A DNA stretch of 64,000 nt from Histomonas meleagridis 2922-C6/04-290x (taxonomy: Eukaryota > Protista > Parabasalia): contig JAANOX010000069.1 of the NCBI GenBank assembly GCA_020184695.1, positions 318,668 through 382,667 of the forward strand, given 5' to 3'. The notes beneath the pieces are model-generated. The model made no database searches and had not been told where the DNA came from. It saw only the letters and a program-made list of their open reading frames with translations. Below are positions 36,030-47,708 of the stretch, in pieces (position 1 is the first letter of the stretch; every line of letters begins with the position of its first letter). The position numbers were made by a program, and so were the translations under genes.

Positions 36030-36253
36030 ATATTAATTTCCTATTTTTTTGATTCAAATAATTTGGTGAAATAAACAAAATATTTTAAAACCCATAAACT
36101 TTGAAAACAGTAATATGACACTTCGATCGCCGCCGTTGCAGGTTGAATATTATTCAATTAAAAAATATTTTTTTTCGTGATAACACAGAAAGTAAAAAAG
36201 TGACTTTATACTATAATAAACGTGCGAACAATAAACGGTTTTTATAATTTTCT

Positions 36254-37105
36254 TTATTTTACTCTTTGGAAGTAATCGAAATCAACAAAATTTGTTCTAA
36301 TTGTACGTCCACCATGTTCTCTGTTGTTCAAAAGTACGCAAGCTGCCTTTGAAAATTCAAGAGAATCCATTTGGAAAAAGATATCTCCGCTTCCATCGGA
36401 AGATTGTTTAATTGAATCAATTCCACCAAAGTAACTCACTTCTTGCTTAAGCCATTGGAAGTCGTTACAATTATGAACTGCAAATGTTCTTTCGGCAGCA
36501 CCTTTATAAAGAGGTGCAACAATAATTGGAACGCCTGACCTTCGGTGGCCATTAAATGTTCGATATGCAGTCATTGCAGCTGTTTCAGTCGTGAAGAATA
36601 TAACATAATAAAATGTATTTCGATACTTATAAGATTTTACCATTGAAATTTGTCCACATTGTCCGAAAAATTCATTGACATCGGAGTTATCACCATTGAA
36701 ATTGAGAACATAAATAATTGGAGGAGATTGCTTGTTATCAAAATTAATTGCATCGAGTCTGGAAATTGACATCATTCTAATGAATTTGTGGAAAGCTCCT
36801 ACACTTTGGAACAAACGAACTTTAACAGCTTTTCCTTTAAATAACTGAGATTGTAATCTTTCTAATCGACTTTGTGTAACTTCTTCTGTAAATTGGGCAA
36901 TTACAGTACCTGTTGGTGTGCCATTCAAGTCTCTGAATAAGGAAAGATCTTCTAGTTCAACTTTTACGTAATCTTCAATGAAATTATATATTTCATATGA
37001 ATAAAATGGAACAGGCTCAAATTCAACCGAAATAAGGATGCCTGATGGTTCTGTGTCATCACCTTTTTTCCCTGATCGGTATGAAGGGTGGCTTGAGTAA
37101 TCCAT
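36254..37105 (-). CDS. Multi-RRM-like RNA-binding protein
   Basis: RRM-like segments (IYVLNF...FFGQCGQI...YVIFFTTETAAMTAYRTFNG; IFFQMDSLEFSKAACVLLNNREHGGRTIRTNF). Confidence 0.65.
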   Translation of the reverse strand: MDYSSHPSYRSGKKGDDTEPSGILISVEFEPVPFYSYEIYNFIEDYVKVELEDLSLFRDLNGTPTGTVIAQFTEEVTQSRLERLQSQLFKGKAVKVRLFQSVGAFHKFIRMMSISRLDAINFDNKQSPPIIYVLNFNGDNSDVNEFFGQCGQISMVKSYKYRNTFYYVIFFTTETAAMTAYRTFNGHRRSGVPIIVAPLYKGAAERTFAVHNCNDFQWLKQEVSYFGGIDSIKQSSDGSGDIFFQMDSLEFSKAACVLLNNREHGGRTIRTNFVDFDYFQRVK

Positions 37106-37535
37106 TTTTATGTTGGCGAGTTAATGACACTTTTGTGTCTTTCTTGCTAAGTTCACAAACTGGAAATATGAATAAGATTTGCATGTTAGTGGTGGCTATT
37201 GCAAGTTCTCAAATAAACTTTCTTATGGTTTAATGAAAAGCACATTCATTCCTATTTTTTAAAAATAATGTAAATTTGCAATTCATAGATCATAATTTAT
37301 TAAAAATATTAATATGTATTCTAGCTTAAGCTAAGTGAGTTTTTTCATTTAGTTAGTAGTGACTGTACTTGTAGTTTTTTTTTTATGATTGAAGATGTCC
37401 TTCCAAAGGCTTTCCAGTTTTTGAATATAAGTGCGATGGTTTTTCATTCAACTCTATCGTTAATAAATGTTATTTCCTTTTGTGAGTTCTGCGGGGCACC
37501 CCAACTAGCAATGGCGGGCAGTGATTCACAATCGC

Positions 37536-38888
37536 ATGAAAGCACTCAACCAGGACTGCATTAACTTACTTTCAAGCGGTCAAGTAATTTCCGGTGTTAT
37601 TGATGCTGTTAAGGAGTTACTTGAGAATGCTCTTGATTCAGGTGCAAAAACAATCAAAATAAAATTAGAAGATCAAGGTTTACAACGCATTGTTGTTACA
37701 GATGATGGTTGTGGAATTACACCAAATGGAAGAGAAACCTGTGGTCTTGCATACACCACTTCTAAAATTCTATCTTTTGAAGATCTCATGAATGATTTAA
37801 CAACATTTGGGTTTAGAGGCGAAGCACTCCATTCACTATGTTGTGTTGGAGATGTAGAAATTATTACTAGGTGCAAAGATGAAGACACAGCCAAAAAACT
37901 CATATTTGATCATAATGGTAATATTTTAAAAACAGAAATTGTTGCAGCTCCTCAAGGAACTTCTGTATCAGTTTGTAATTTGCTCTCTGTTTTCCCGGTA
38001 CGTGTTCGTGAAGAGCGTGTAAATTTCTCTGTTGATTCTTTGAAAAATCTTCTTTCCAGATATTATCTTGCAGCACCATCAGTTCGTTTTGTTATTGATG
38101 CACCACCATTTCTTAATCAAACGCGACCTCCTTTCGCCTCACTTTCACAAGCTGTTACATATGAGTATGGATCTCAAGTTTCCGCTGCACTTGTTGAGAA
38201 AAATGCCGAAACTTATAGCGGAGACATCAAGATACGTATGAAGGGATTGGTCCCATCCCCTACATGCGAATGGAAGGACGCATCAACGAGTCGAATGCAA
38301 TCAAAACAACTTTTGCTCGTTAACGGTCGCCCCGTACGGAACAGTACAATTGAAAAGAAGGTGAATGAGATTTGTTGGGCCAAATTTGGGTCGATTCCAA
38401 AAAGGTTTCCACGGTATATCATATGCATTGATTTTTATCGAGATAATCAGATCTGTTCATCAATGATGGATGTTAATGTTGACCCATCAAAAGCTCATAT
38501 AATATTCTCTGAGGCAAATATTATTATTAAGTTGGTGGAACAATTGTTCGAAAACAAGAAACAACAGATATCTTTCAAAAATATTAGAGAATGGCCATCA
38601 ACTTTCATCAATTTGTCACATCCGGCAATCGATATTGCATCACTTGGAGGATGCGTATGGAGAGGAGCCGGGTCATACGAAAATTACACGCTGTTTAGCG
38701 TTTTGGATTTTTCGAATAATTTGCATCTGATCGCAGCAGACCTCCAAAAGCTATATGAAAAATGCGGCGTACACCCAACAGAAATCGGTAGAACAGATCA
38801 ATCCGAGTTCATTGTTATGTATTGGGATCAACTTATGGAAATTCATAACGAATCTCCTTGCGTATTCCACTTGTTTCAACTTGATTAA
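37536..38888 (+). CDS. MutL/PMS1-like mismatch repair ATPase without a recognisable C-terminal endonuclease motif
   Basis: KELLENALDSGA, DDGCGI, TTSKI, FGFRGEALHS, GTSVSV, LLVNGRPV and DVNVDPSK. No DQHA motif. Confidence 0.88.
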   Translation: MKALNQDCINLLSSGQVISGVIDAVKELLENALDSGAKTIKIKLEDQGLQRIVVTDDGCGITPNGRETCGLAYTTSKILSFEDLMNDLTTFGFRGEALHSLCCVGDVEIITRCKDEDTAKKLIFDHNGNILKTEIVAAPQGTSVSVCNLLSVFPVRVREERVNFSVDSLKNLLSRYYLAAPSVRFVIDAPPFLNQTRPPFASLSQAVTYEYGSQVSAALVEKNAETYSGDIKIRMKGLVPSPTCEWKDASTSRMQSKQLLLVNGRPVRNSTIEKKVNEICWAKFGSIPKRFPRYIICIDFYRDNQICSSMMDVNVDPSKAHIIFSEANIIIKLVEQLFENKKQQISFKNIREWPSTFINLSHPAIDIASLGGCVWRGAGSYENYTLFSVLDFSNNLHLIAADLQKLYEKCGVHPTEIGRTDQSEFIVMYWDQLMEIHNESPCVFHLFQLD

Positions 38889-39466
38889 ACAATTTATTAA
38901 ATTTTTAAGATTTTGCTCCTGTGTTTACTTTTGAAGTATAAAATTACAAAGAATGAATGATGAAACAAAATTAAAGAAATGAAAAACCTATAAAAAAGCA
39001 GATATTCCATACCAAGTTTAAATGAATAAATGTTTAATAATATCATTGTATTTTACTCACAGTGCTTTTTTGAAGAATTTATTTAAGGGATTTTCATTTT
39101 TAACAACTTCCAATTTTTTACAATTGTAAATATTAAAATCTTCTGGTTCTTTGGTAAGAAATATCTTCGGGTACAAGGATCATTATGATCATTATCTATC
39201 TTTTCTAAGCAGTTCTTCGTATTCTTTCAAGACGTCTTTATTTCAAATATTAGTTAAAATTAATACAAACATAAATTTCTTTTGTTTTAATACACAATTT
39301 AAAAATTTTTCAAACAATTATAATATCTCCAAAATCAAATTTACCCGACTTAAACAGAGAAGAAAAAGAAAACATTTTATTAATAAGCTTGAAATAAAAG
39401 AAATTATTACATATCAGATAAAAGTTTGAATATGAAAACAAATAAAAGATATAAACATTTTATTCA

Positions 39467-40819
39467 TTATTCATCGCTTTGAATCTCATTAATTTTTTCA
39501 TAAAACAATTCGATCATTTCGATTTGTTCCCGATCAAAAGAATCATTTTTTTCCAATGAGTCAAAAATTTCTCTATTTTCCAGCAAACGCTCTGCGAAGT
39601 AAGCGCTAAAATTATCATTTCTCATAGAAGCAAACAAAAACAAATCGATCACACTAAAACTTAACATCGGATCATCACAATTACAAAACTCAATAATCTC
39701 ATCAACTAGCTTCTCAGAAAACAAAGAATAAAAGAAGTCAACGTCATTATGTGCCAAATATTGTATGAAATTTATAAATTGACTTTTTGCCAAAAAATCT
39801 TTTCCTCCAAATATTTGCAAAAAATCAACTGATTGAAAGCATTGTAATGCTTCATTCCTCGCATTTATGCTCCTAGAAATTTTATTAATTAACAAATCAA
39901 AACAATACTTTACAATTCGGTTTTGACAGTTTACAATGTTCTCAAAAACAACCGTAACGTCAACAGCATTCAAAAATTCTGAATCCATTTGAGAAATTAT
40001 TGAAATCAGTTCAAAAGTGAGACGTTTAGATTTGACAGAGTCTGTTTGCAAAATTTGCAACAAATCAAAAAACAAATTACTTTCACGAACAAATTCGATT
40101 ATACCATTAATGTTTTTGCACGCATTAATTAAACCTTTTAAACATTGTTGTTGAATATCATCAATGTCACGAAGATGGGATTTGAGATATAAAAGTAAAT
40201 TAATAAGTAAATCTCTTGGAATTGTTTCGTTACTATGTGTAAAAATATTTGAAATAACCCAAAAACATTTCTGTCGTATGACAATGTCAAATGGAACCCA
40301 ATTAATTAGAAATTGAAGAAAAGACGATTGACAAAAATAATTTGGAATGGCTTCTGAATAAAGAATGAAATTACCTGTGCTAGTTAGAATATATTCTTGA
40401 ACTTGTACATTAGTTGTTTCTTTAAGTGAATCTTGAAAAAAACTAAAAATGTCAATTTCTTGGAGGACTTGAAATAAATCATCATGTCCTTGAATATTTA
40501 AACTAAGTAAGTAAAAGAATTCAAATATTTCATTTGAAGCTACAAAAGAAAACGCACGTGCTTTCAGACAGTATAAAAGTGTTGGAGTGACATTAGTAAT
40601 AAAATTGCCATCTTCGATACCACGACCAATGGAATTTATTTTTGAGATGCAGTCAAGCATTATTACAGGATTATTTGCAAAAACAAGTGATGAATTAAGC
40701 ATAACTGAAAAAGGAATGAAACATTTTCCTGATTCTTCTTTTTCATTTTGTTCAGCATTTGATAGTAATTGTTTTCTTTTTGTTTTTGTTTTGTTTGACT
40801 GGAGTTCATTTCTTTTCAT
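39467..40819 (-). CDS. ARM-repeat protein (divergent importin-alpha-like)
   Basis: 450-aa helical ORF with QEYILTSTGNF, KCFWVISNI and QCLKGLINA ARM-like segments. Confidence 0.6.
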   Translation of the reverse strand: MKRNELQSNKTKTKRKQLLSNAEQNEKEESGKCFIPFSVMLNSSLVFANNPVIMLDCISKINSIGRGIEDGNFITNVTPTLLYCLKARAFSFVASNEIFEFFYLLSLNIQGHDDLFQVLQEIDIFSFFQDSLKETTNVQVQEYILTSTGNFILYSEAIPNYFCQSSFLQFLINWVPFDIVIRQKCFWVISNIFTHSNETIPRDLLINLLLYLKSHLRDIDDIQQQCLKGLINACKNINGIIEFVRESNLFFDLLQILQTDSVKSKRLTFELISIISQMDSEFLNAVDVTVVFENIVNCQNRIVKYCFDLLINKISRSINARNEALQCFQSVDFLQIFGGKDFLAKSQFINFIQYLAHNDVDFFYSLFSEKLVDEIIEFCNCDDPMLSFSVIDLFLFASMRNDNFSAYFAERLLENREIFDSLEKNDSFDREQIEMIELFYEKINEIQSDE

Positions 40820-41488
40820 TCGAAGTTTAAATTGATCTAGATCATTTGTGACCGTTTATTTTTGAATTCAATGACCAAATAAGGATTGAAATAATTCGAA
40901 AAAAATGTACATTTAAATGAGGAGAAAACAATTCGACTAACAACACTCTAAATCTTCGTTAAAATCAAATTTAATATCACCAGCATTTTTTTAGCCAAAG
41001 TTTGCTTTTTAAAGAATATGATCTAATGTAAAAATATACAAGCAACTATGAAAAATTACATAAACTTTATCACGCGCACATAAGTATTTGAATTTGTGCA
41101 AACTTTTCTTGTATCGTGGAGGTTATATGGTAAAATTACCCTTTCGTTTTCGGTTTGTTCATTTCCGTTACCGGTTAAGAACACATAAAAACGATCGGTA
41201 TATAACCGCCATTATGGCGGTTAAAAATCAAACCGACGTTTTTTCGTTCTAACAAAATCAAAATGTAAATATCTTTTAATTCAACACTAAACAGAAGATA
41301 ATATTAGAGATTCATGCTTACATCTATTTATTGATATTGGTATTTAATTTTGATATATCCAATTCCCATATCATTTAGCTAAATAAATTCACTTAGTTGA
41401 TGGCTTATTCGCATTTCTCACAAAATTCATGATAACTCATACGCAATGTTTTATTGGCTAATGTTTTTAAGAACAAAAAATGTTTTAA

Positions 41489-43066
41489 TTATAATCCGCT
41501 TAAAAATACAAAACAAACAAAGATATTAAGGATCATCAATACATGAGAATTCTTACAAAGTCCTAAACATGTTTCCAGCAGCAAGCCGAAAATTGTTGTA
41601 AGTGCAAGAATCTTATCATCAGAAATCATTAAAATGATAAAAGCATATATTAAAGCTCTTGTTATTCCGTATGTGATTGATTTTGGTTTCTGTGCCATCA
41701 GTGCGAGGAACATTATCATTTTCATAATGATTTTGTTCCTGTCGACTTTAACGGTCTTTTTAACCGCTTTTTTGACGGTTATTTCATCTGTTTGAGTTTC
41801 TTCGTTCATGAAAGAGTTATCAGTCAACGCCAACAGTACGCTGCTTTGTATGTCTTCCATTGACGGCGAAACCACAAATACTCTTGGTCCATCGTTTTTC
41901 AAGCATGTTTCTAATCCAAATTTTACCACCATTTCGTGAATAGTCGGATTTCCAAGAATTTCATCGATGCTACATCTTTTACTAGGATCTCTCATCATCA
42001 TCTTTTTCAAAAGCATATGAACCAATGGCGGTACTTGTACGTTTTCCAACTTCAATTCTGATATTAATTCATCTACAGAAGTGAATTCCTTCAATCTTTT
42101 CTCACCAAAATCCCCTGTAAAAGGGTTTTTTCTGTAGAAAAGTGAGAACAATATTACACCAAGTGACCATATATCACTTGCAAATGAATGTGAATATAAA
42201 TATGATCCACTCGATGACTGAACTAACAGTTCCGGTGCCATTGTTTCAATTGTTCCCGTCGCTCCTGTCCTAGCTGTTTGCTTCATTTGGAATCCGGTAT
42301 CAATTGATGTTCCGAAATCAGATAAAACAAGTCTTAGCGGCAGCGGCATATTTGTCTTTTCCTCAAAAATCAGAACATTCGACAGCTTCAAATCTCTATG
42401 AATGATTCCGAGTGAATGAAGGTGATGTACTGCAACTGCGATATTTAAGAACATTTGCCAAGTTTCTTCTTCAGAGAACTCTTGGAAGTCACCAGACCCA
42501 TCATCACACATCAGAAGGTTCTCAAGGTTTCCCAAAGGCGCATATTCCATGAGAATGAAAAGACATGGAATCTTTGGCCCAAATGTTGCTGTCTGCCATT
42601 CTTCAATCCAACAGTGCTTGTACCCGAGAATAAGAGGGTTAGGCTTTTGTGCGAGTTTTTCTAAAAGTTTCACCTCGGAAATTACTTTTTTGAGCCATGC
42701 AAATTCTCCAACTGGTATAACCTTAACAGCATACTCGGCAAGGCGAATCCCCGCAAGAATATGTTCGACTCTGTAAACGCAGCCACATCCACCTTTACCA
42801 ATTATTTGTCGTATTGGAAAGAACCGCTCAAAATATCCATTCATGAGAAAATCGCCAAGAGAAAATGGAATAGGACCATTGCCACTTAGAATATCTGCAA
42901 GAATTTGGAAATATGATGGCGAACTCCATGAAATTGGAACTTCTGGATCAGATGTTTGTGAAACAGTTCGTATTTGTTGTAGTGACGAATTATAGAGTAC
43001 AAGTGCTCGCTCTGGAGTTTGGAAAACAACATGCCAAGAATTCGAAAAATTGGCTAAATCGCCCAT
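41489..43066 (-). CDS. IKS1: IKS1-like Ser/Thr protein kinase with C-terminal hydrophobic segments
   Basis: GKGGCG, YAVKVIPVG..WLKKVISEVKLL, FGPKIPCLFILMEY, HRDLKLSN and SDFG. First in-frame ATG at 43066. Confidence 0.82.
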   Translation of the reverse strand: MGDLANFSNSWHVVFQTPERALVLYNSSLQQIRTVSQTSDPEVPISWSSPSYFQILADILSGNGPIPFSLGDFLMNGYFERFFPIRQIIGKGGCGCVYRVEHILAGIRLAEYAVKVIPVGEFAWLKKVISEVKLLEKLAQKPNPLILGYKHCWIEEWQTATFGPKIPCLFILMEYAPLGNLENLLMCDDGSGDFQEFSEEETWQMFLNIAVAVHHLHSLGIIHRDLKLSNVLIFEEKTNMPLPLRLVLSDFGTSIDTGFQMKQTARTGATGTIETMAPELLVQSSSGSYLYSHSFASDIWSLGVILFSLFYRKNPFTGDFGEKRLKEFTSVDELISELKLENVQVPPLVHMLLKKMMMRDPSKRCSIDEILGNPTIHEMVVKFGLETCLKNDGPRVFVVSPSMEDIQSSVLLALTDNSFMNEETQTDEITVKKAVKKTVKVDRNKIIMKMIMFLALMAQKPKSITYGITRALIYAFIILMISDDKILALTTIFGLLLETCLGLCKNSHVLMILNIFVCFVFLSGL

Positions 43067-43155
43067 ACAAAATGCCTCAAAAAAAATTTGGGGCACCCCA
43101 ATGTTCTCATGAATAAACTATAGAAAATTCAACAAGAACGTTAAAGGTGAAAAAA

Positions 43156-43548
43156 ATGGAAACAAGTAATCAATTTCAAACAGAAGATAAGAAATTTATA
43201 CCCTTTAGAAAAAGAAAATCCCATTGGGGTGAACAAGAAACTCGTTATGCTATACCAAATATTGCTACTGTTCTTCCTCCAAATTTACCAGAACCCATTC
43301 TTAAGGCTCTCCTCTTAAGAATGCAAATAGAAGAACTTCATTTCAAGTTAAGGAATAAAGACCAATTTATAAATATTCTTTGGAGAGAAAATTCTATTGA
43401 TACTACAAATTGGGAAAAAATCGATGATGCACTTGAGGGAAGAGCAAAAGAGGCGGCAGGTGCAGAAATTAGGGCTATAGTGAAAGAAATTGATGAAATG
43501 TTTCCGCCGAGTTCAACAACAATTTTGAGTCCAAACAATGCGACATAA
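43156..43548 (+). CDS. SF1/BBP-like protein comprising only the ULM and helix-hairpin (no KH-QUA2)
   Basis: RKRKSHW, IPNIATVLPPNL and MQIEELHFKLR match SF1 RKRSRW, IPGMPTVIPPGL and LQIEDLTRKLR. Stops shortly after FPP. Confidence 0.7.
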   Translation: METSNQFQTEDKKFIPFRKRKSHWGEQETRYAIPNIATVLPPNLPEPILKALLLRMQIEELHFKLRNKDQFINILWRENSIDTTNWEKIDDALEGRAKEAAGAEIRAIVKEIDEMFPPSSTTILSPNNAT

Positions 43549-43900
43549 AAAACACAAATATATTAATCATAGAAATATAAAGTCAATAGGGGAAAGTAAA
43601 TATTTCATAATGTCTAATAAACCAAATTTTCAAATGTTTTCACATTCTAAAAAATTAATCTAACCAAAGAATACACCAAGCAAAGTATGAATTCTCAAAG
43701 TATATTAAGTAAAAACCAAATATCTAAATTTTGAATGTATTGATATTTTCCTTTATCACTGATTTTGATAATCTAATGAATTCCTTACAAACTCTTCGCT
43801 ATTATAACATTTTCGGTACTTGTAATAAATCAGTAGAAATCAGAAATATATGGAAATAATTTTTATTTATCGGAATTATTTTAAATTAACTTTATAAAGT

Positions 43901-44616
43901 TTAACTATAATCAGAGCTATAACTACGATTATCCGAGCCATAGCTATAACTATAATCTGAACCGCTGTATGAATATGATCCTTTATCTGAATTATCGGAT
44001 TTTTCGGATTTTGAATAACTATAGGACTCAGATCCACTATACTGAGAACCAGAGTACTCAGGTGAACCAGAGTAAGAATCTGAGTATGAATATGTGTATG
44101 AATCAGAATATGAATATGAATAACCAGAATATGAATAATCTGAATCAGATTGGCTATAATCGGCACGATCATTTTTGCCATTCCTTGCAGGTTCGTTCCT
44201 GCTCTGATTTCTTTTCTGTCTTGTATCATCATCGAATTCTCCACGTCGATCTTTTTCTGCTCTTTGACGAGAAGTTGCACGATATCTGATGTTAGAATTA
44301 AAAACTACATTTCAATTAACTCGTTTGGCGGCTTTACAGAAATTTCAGCACGGAGATATCTTCCATCAAGTTCTGCTCCGTCTAAATATTCTGCTGCATT
44401 TCTGGCTCCTTCAGGGGTTTCGAATTCTGCAAATGCATAACCACGAGACTCGCCAATTCCATCTCTGGACAAATCAACACGATAACATCGACCGAATTGC
44501 CTAAGCATTAGCATAACATCCTGAGCTTTAAACTTATATGGTATGTTTGATACAAACACAATTCTATTTCTCCATGAATAGCTGCGCTCTGGTCTTTTTC
44601 TTTCGCCAGAATCCAT
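43901..44616 (-). CDS. RRM protein with Ser/Tyr-rich low-complexity tail, one canonical intron
   Basis: RNP2 VFVSNI and RNP1 RGYAFAEF. Removing the 44286-44308 intron opens the frame to TAA at 43901. Confidence 0.85.
44286..44308 (-). other. Canonical 23-nt spliceosomal intron GTAGTTTTTAATTCTAACATCAG
   Basis: GT-AG with CTAAC branch motif fused to the 3' splice site, as in parabasalid short introns. Removes a stop and restores the frame. Confidence 0.85.
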
Positions 44617-45008
44617 CTTTTTTGCCAAAGCTCTTTGTCAAACAACTGTTGACAACAAAAGTGTCGTATTTTAAAAAGTGACTTTTTAAAAAAAATGCTG
44701 AATTAAAATGATCAAGAATTGAACTGCATCTAAAACTAGATGATGAATTTAAACCAATTTTGAGTTTATTGAAACAATTGGCTATATAAAAGATTCTCAG
44801 TTAAATTAAACATAAAATGTTTTGTCAATTGATCACATCGCAACTCAAAATCAATTAAAATTTTAAATGTTTAATAATATAAAGCTATAATACAGTAAGT
44901 TCAGTTGTACAAGCAATTGATCATTCATGAATACGTGTAATTTCTGCATAATTATTTTATCAATTCACAAAATCCCAAAAACAAAAGCAAATATTTATAT
45001 TTACGCAT

Positions 45009-47708
45009 TTAAACATCTGTTGGTATTTCTTCATTTTCGAGTAACAGCAACGCCTGCACGTCGTCTTCCATTATGGTCAAGCAATCTTCTAATTGGTTTC
45101 TTAGTGCGTCATCCAACTCATCGCTATTTTCGATTGTTTGGAATGTTTGATTAAAGTATTCATTCAATTCATCGGAGAACTTTTTTCGTAACTTATTCAA
45201 CAAATCATTAAAAAGAGGAAATGTCATTTTAATAATCACGAAAACAAATGTGTAAAATATCGATGGAACATTTTGTTGGGAAGTAACAAACGAAATGATA
45301 CTAATTAACAATGAGTCGTAAACATTTTGTTGGAACTTTTGTAAGTCGACAACATTGAAGTAATTTATTAAACATTTAATAAGTTTCTTGGAATTGTTTA
45401 TATCATTTTCAGGTCTTAAGAAGAATTCCGTCGAAAACTTTAACAAATATACTAAAACATTTTCGATTGGCTTAATTTCAATTTGCGTTTTTCTTATTAA
45501 ATTTAATAATTTAATATTCACATTTATGAAAATATCTTCGTTACAAAGATATTTTATATTTAATTTTATAATCAAATCAAAAAATTCACTTAAAAAATCA
45601 TTAAAAAATGTATCACCATAAAGACAAAAAACTCCGAAATTTAATGATGAATACGAAAGGAAATTCGAGATTATTTCCATTATATTTATTAAAATTATAA
45701 CAACTTCTTTACAATGATAATTAATATCTTTTATATAATTTATAAGATTTTGTGAATTATTTATTACATCTTTCACAAGTTGAAGTGAATTTGTATTAAC
45801 TAAAGTATAAAAATTAATGTTCGAAAACAATTTTAAGAATTCAGATTTTTGTTGACACGTTATATCAAAGTTCATTTTATTATTAAGGATAAAGTTTGCG
45901 TAATTAATGTTTTTACTTTCATTTAGAATGGAAATACAATATAAATCCGAGAAAATGATTAAATTAATTTTTTGATTACCAGCAACAAAATAAATATGAA
46001 AAAGAAATCGAACGAAATTATATAAATGTTCAACATATTCATCATCAGTCACAATAACAAAATCCAAATTATTTATATAATCAATAAATTGTTGATTAAA
46101 ACATCCATAAACATTTGGACTAAAGTCGAAAACTTTATTAATTTCATGAATCAAATGAACATTTTGTTTATTAATCAGTAAAACGTTTATTAAATGTATT
46201 AACAACTCCAAAAATGAATTAAAAACATTTATATTAATTTTATCCATTGTTAAATAACAAATATAAAACTCACGTAAATAATTACATAAACTTAATTCTA
46301 AATAATATAACATCGAATTATCTTCAATTTGATCATCGCCGATTTGAACATTATGAAAAAAGTTAATTAATGTGTTATTTAATTCTAAATCGATTTCAAG
46401 ATAAACGAAATAATTATAATTCTCGTTATTATGATGGTTTTGAAGTAAATAACTTAAGATTTCGATTATAATACTTAAGCTACAATTATTTGGGAAAATT
46501 ATAAACAAATTACAAAAATTTGTTATTTCTTCTTTATAATGTTGACTTAGAAATGTCCCCAAGTTATTAAATAACATTATCGACGGATCTTCATATAAAT
46601 TCTCAATGATTTCTTGTTGATATTCCGTTTCTTCGATCATTGAATCAATAAAAGTGTTTTTGATTTGCGTTTGCATGTTAATATATAATTGAACTTGTTC
46701 TTCATTGAAATGTACAAATGGAATATCAGATAACCAAAATTGTATCATGTTATCGATTAATATATAATTGGAATGAATTTTGATGGGAGTGAAAATGATT
46801 AAACTGAAGTTAAAAATTTGATTGATGAAATTCATACAAAAATCATCAACCGCCATTTCACGAATCTCTTTCATATCTTTGAGAGTTAATAATATAAATG
46901 ATATTTCTAACAGTTGAATTGTTGATGTTTTGCTTTCGTTGAGTAATCGAATTATCAAATTCATAAGATCAAATAAAAAATGTAATTTGTCGGCATAATC
47001 AACTTTTAAAAACTTACGAAGAAGTGAGAGAAGTTTGGCTGATGTTTGTGTGGGCGAATTGACGATTACTTCCTCGAAATTATTTAAACCGTTATTTGAA
47101 AAAATGGCTGACATTAAACTATTGTTAGCTGGAAATCGTTTTATGACTGAAAATAAACATTTTGCACTTAACAAGAAAATGTTAAATGAAGATAAAGATT
47201 GAATATTAGTTGTTAGAATCCGAACAATTCCTTCGATTTCTTGAAAAGATTTGACATGCTTAACAAAGTCTGAAAAAATATGCAATCCAACATATAAATT
47301 TGATTCGTTTTCTGGTAAAATTGTGTTCAATAATATCGAACCTTTTTCTGTTTCTTCTTTATAGAGAAGTGTAAATAACTTTGATAAAGATGAAATTAAA
47401 TATGGTATTCCTTGGAACCTTTGAATATTATTAATACAAAATGGATTGAACCAACTTTGAATTTGTATAATTGGAACTAAATTATCTTTAACATACTTTG
47501 CAAGTGTAATGAGGCAAAAGTTGACTGTTTTTAGATCAATTTCATTGCATGCTAATGTATCAATTAAAAAAAATGCAGATGCATTAGTATTATTAAATAA
47601 TTGATAAATACCATCTAGTAATTTTTGTGGTGTGCTTGATGAATATGCATTAACTACCAATTCATTTAATTTCTCTGGTGTTAACAATTCATCAGCTATC
47701 CTTTCCAT
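45009..47708 (-). CDS. Large HEAT/ARM protein, exportin-7-like
   Basis: About 900-aa ORF with LNFGVFCLYGD resembling the exportin-7 NFGVFxLYGD motif. Confidence 0.6.
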   Translation of the reverse strand: MERIADELLTPEKLNELVVNAYSSSTPQKLLDGIYQLFNNTNASAFFLIDTLACNEIDLKTVNFCLITLAKYVKDNLVPIIQIQSWFNPFCINNIQRFQGIPYLISSLSKLFTLLYKEETEKGSILLNTILPENESNLYVGLHIFSDFVKHVKSFQEIEGIVRILTTNIQSLSSFNIFLLSAKCLFSVIKRFPANNSLMSAIFSNNGLNNFEEVIVNSPTQTSAKLLSLLRKFLKVDYADKLHFLFDLMNLIIRLLNESKTSTIQLLEISFILLTLKDMKEIREMAVDDFCMNFINQIFNFSLIIFTPIKIHSNYILIDNMIQFWLSDIPFVHFNEEQVQLYINMQTQIKNTFIDSMIEETEYQQEIIENLYEDPSIMLFNNLGTFLSQHYKEEITNFCNLFIIFPNNCSLSIIIEILSYLLQNHHNNENYNYFVYLEIDLELNNTLINFFHNVQIGDDQIEDNSMLYYLELSLCNYLREFYICYLTMDKININVFNSFLELLIHLINVLLINKQNVHLIHEINKVFDFSPNVYGCFNQQFIDYINNLDFVIVTDDEYVEHLYNFVRFLFHIYFVAGNQKINLIIFSDLYCISILNESKNINYANFILNNKMNFDITCQQKSEFLKLFSNINFYTLVNTNSLQLVKDVINNSQNLINYIKDINYHCKEVVIILINIMEIISNFLSYSSLNFGVFCLYGDTFFNDFLSEFFDLIIKLNIKYLCNEDIFINVNIKLLNLIRKTQIEIKPIENVLVYLLKFSTEFFLRPENDINNSKKLIKCLINYFNVVDLQKFQQNVYDSLLISIISFVTSQQNVPSIFYTFVFVIIKMTFPLFNDLLNKLRKKFSDELNEYFNQTFQTIENSDELDDALRNQLEDCLTIMEDDVQALLLLENEEIPTDV

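Noticed and set aside
23006-44616. eIF4A, RRM proteins and KH-less SF1 as a clustered machinery for the spacers
   Set aside because: Eukaryotic neighbours are not usually functionally linked, and nothing in the sequence ties them to the spacers.
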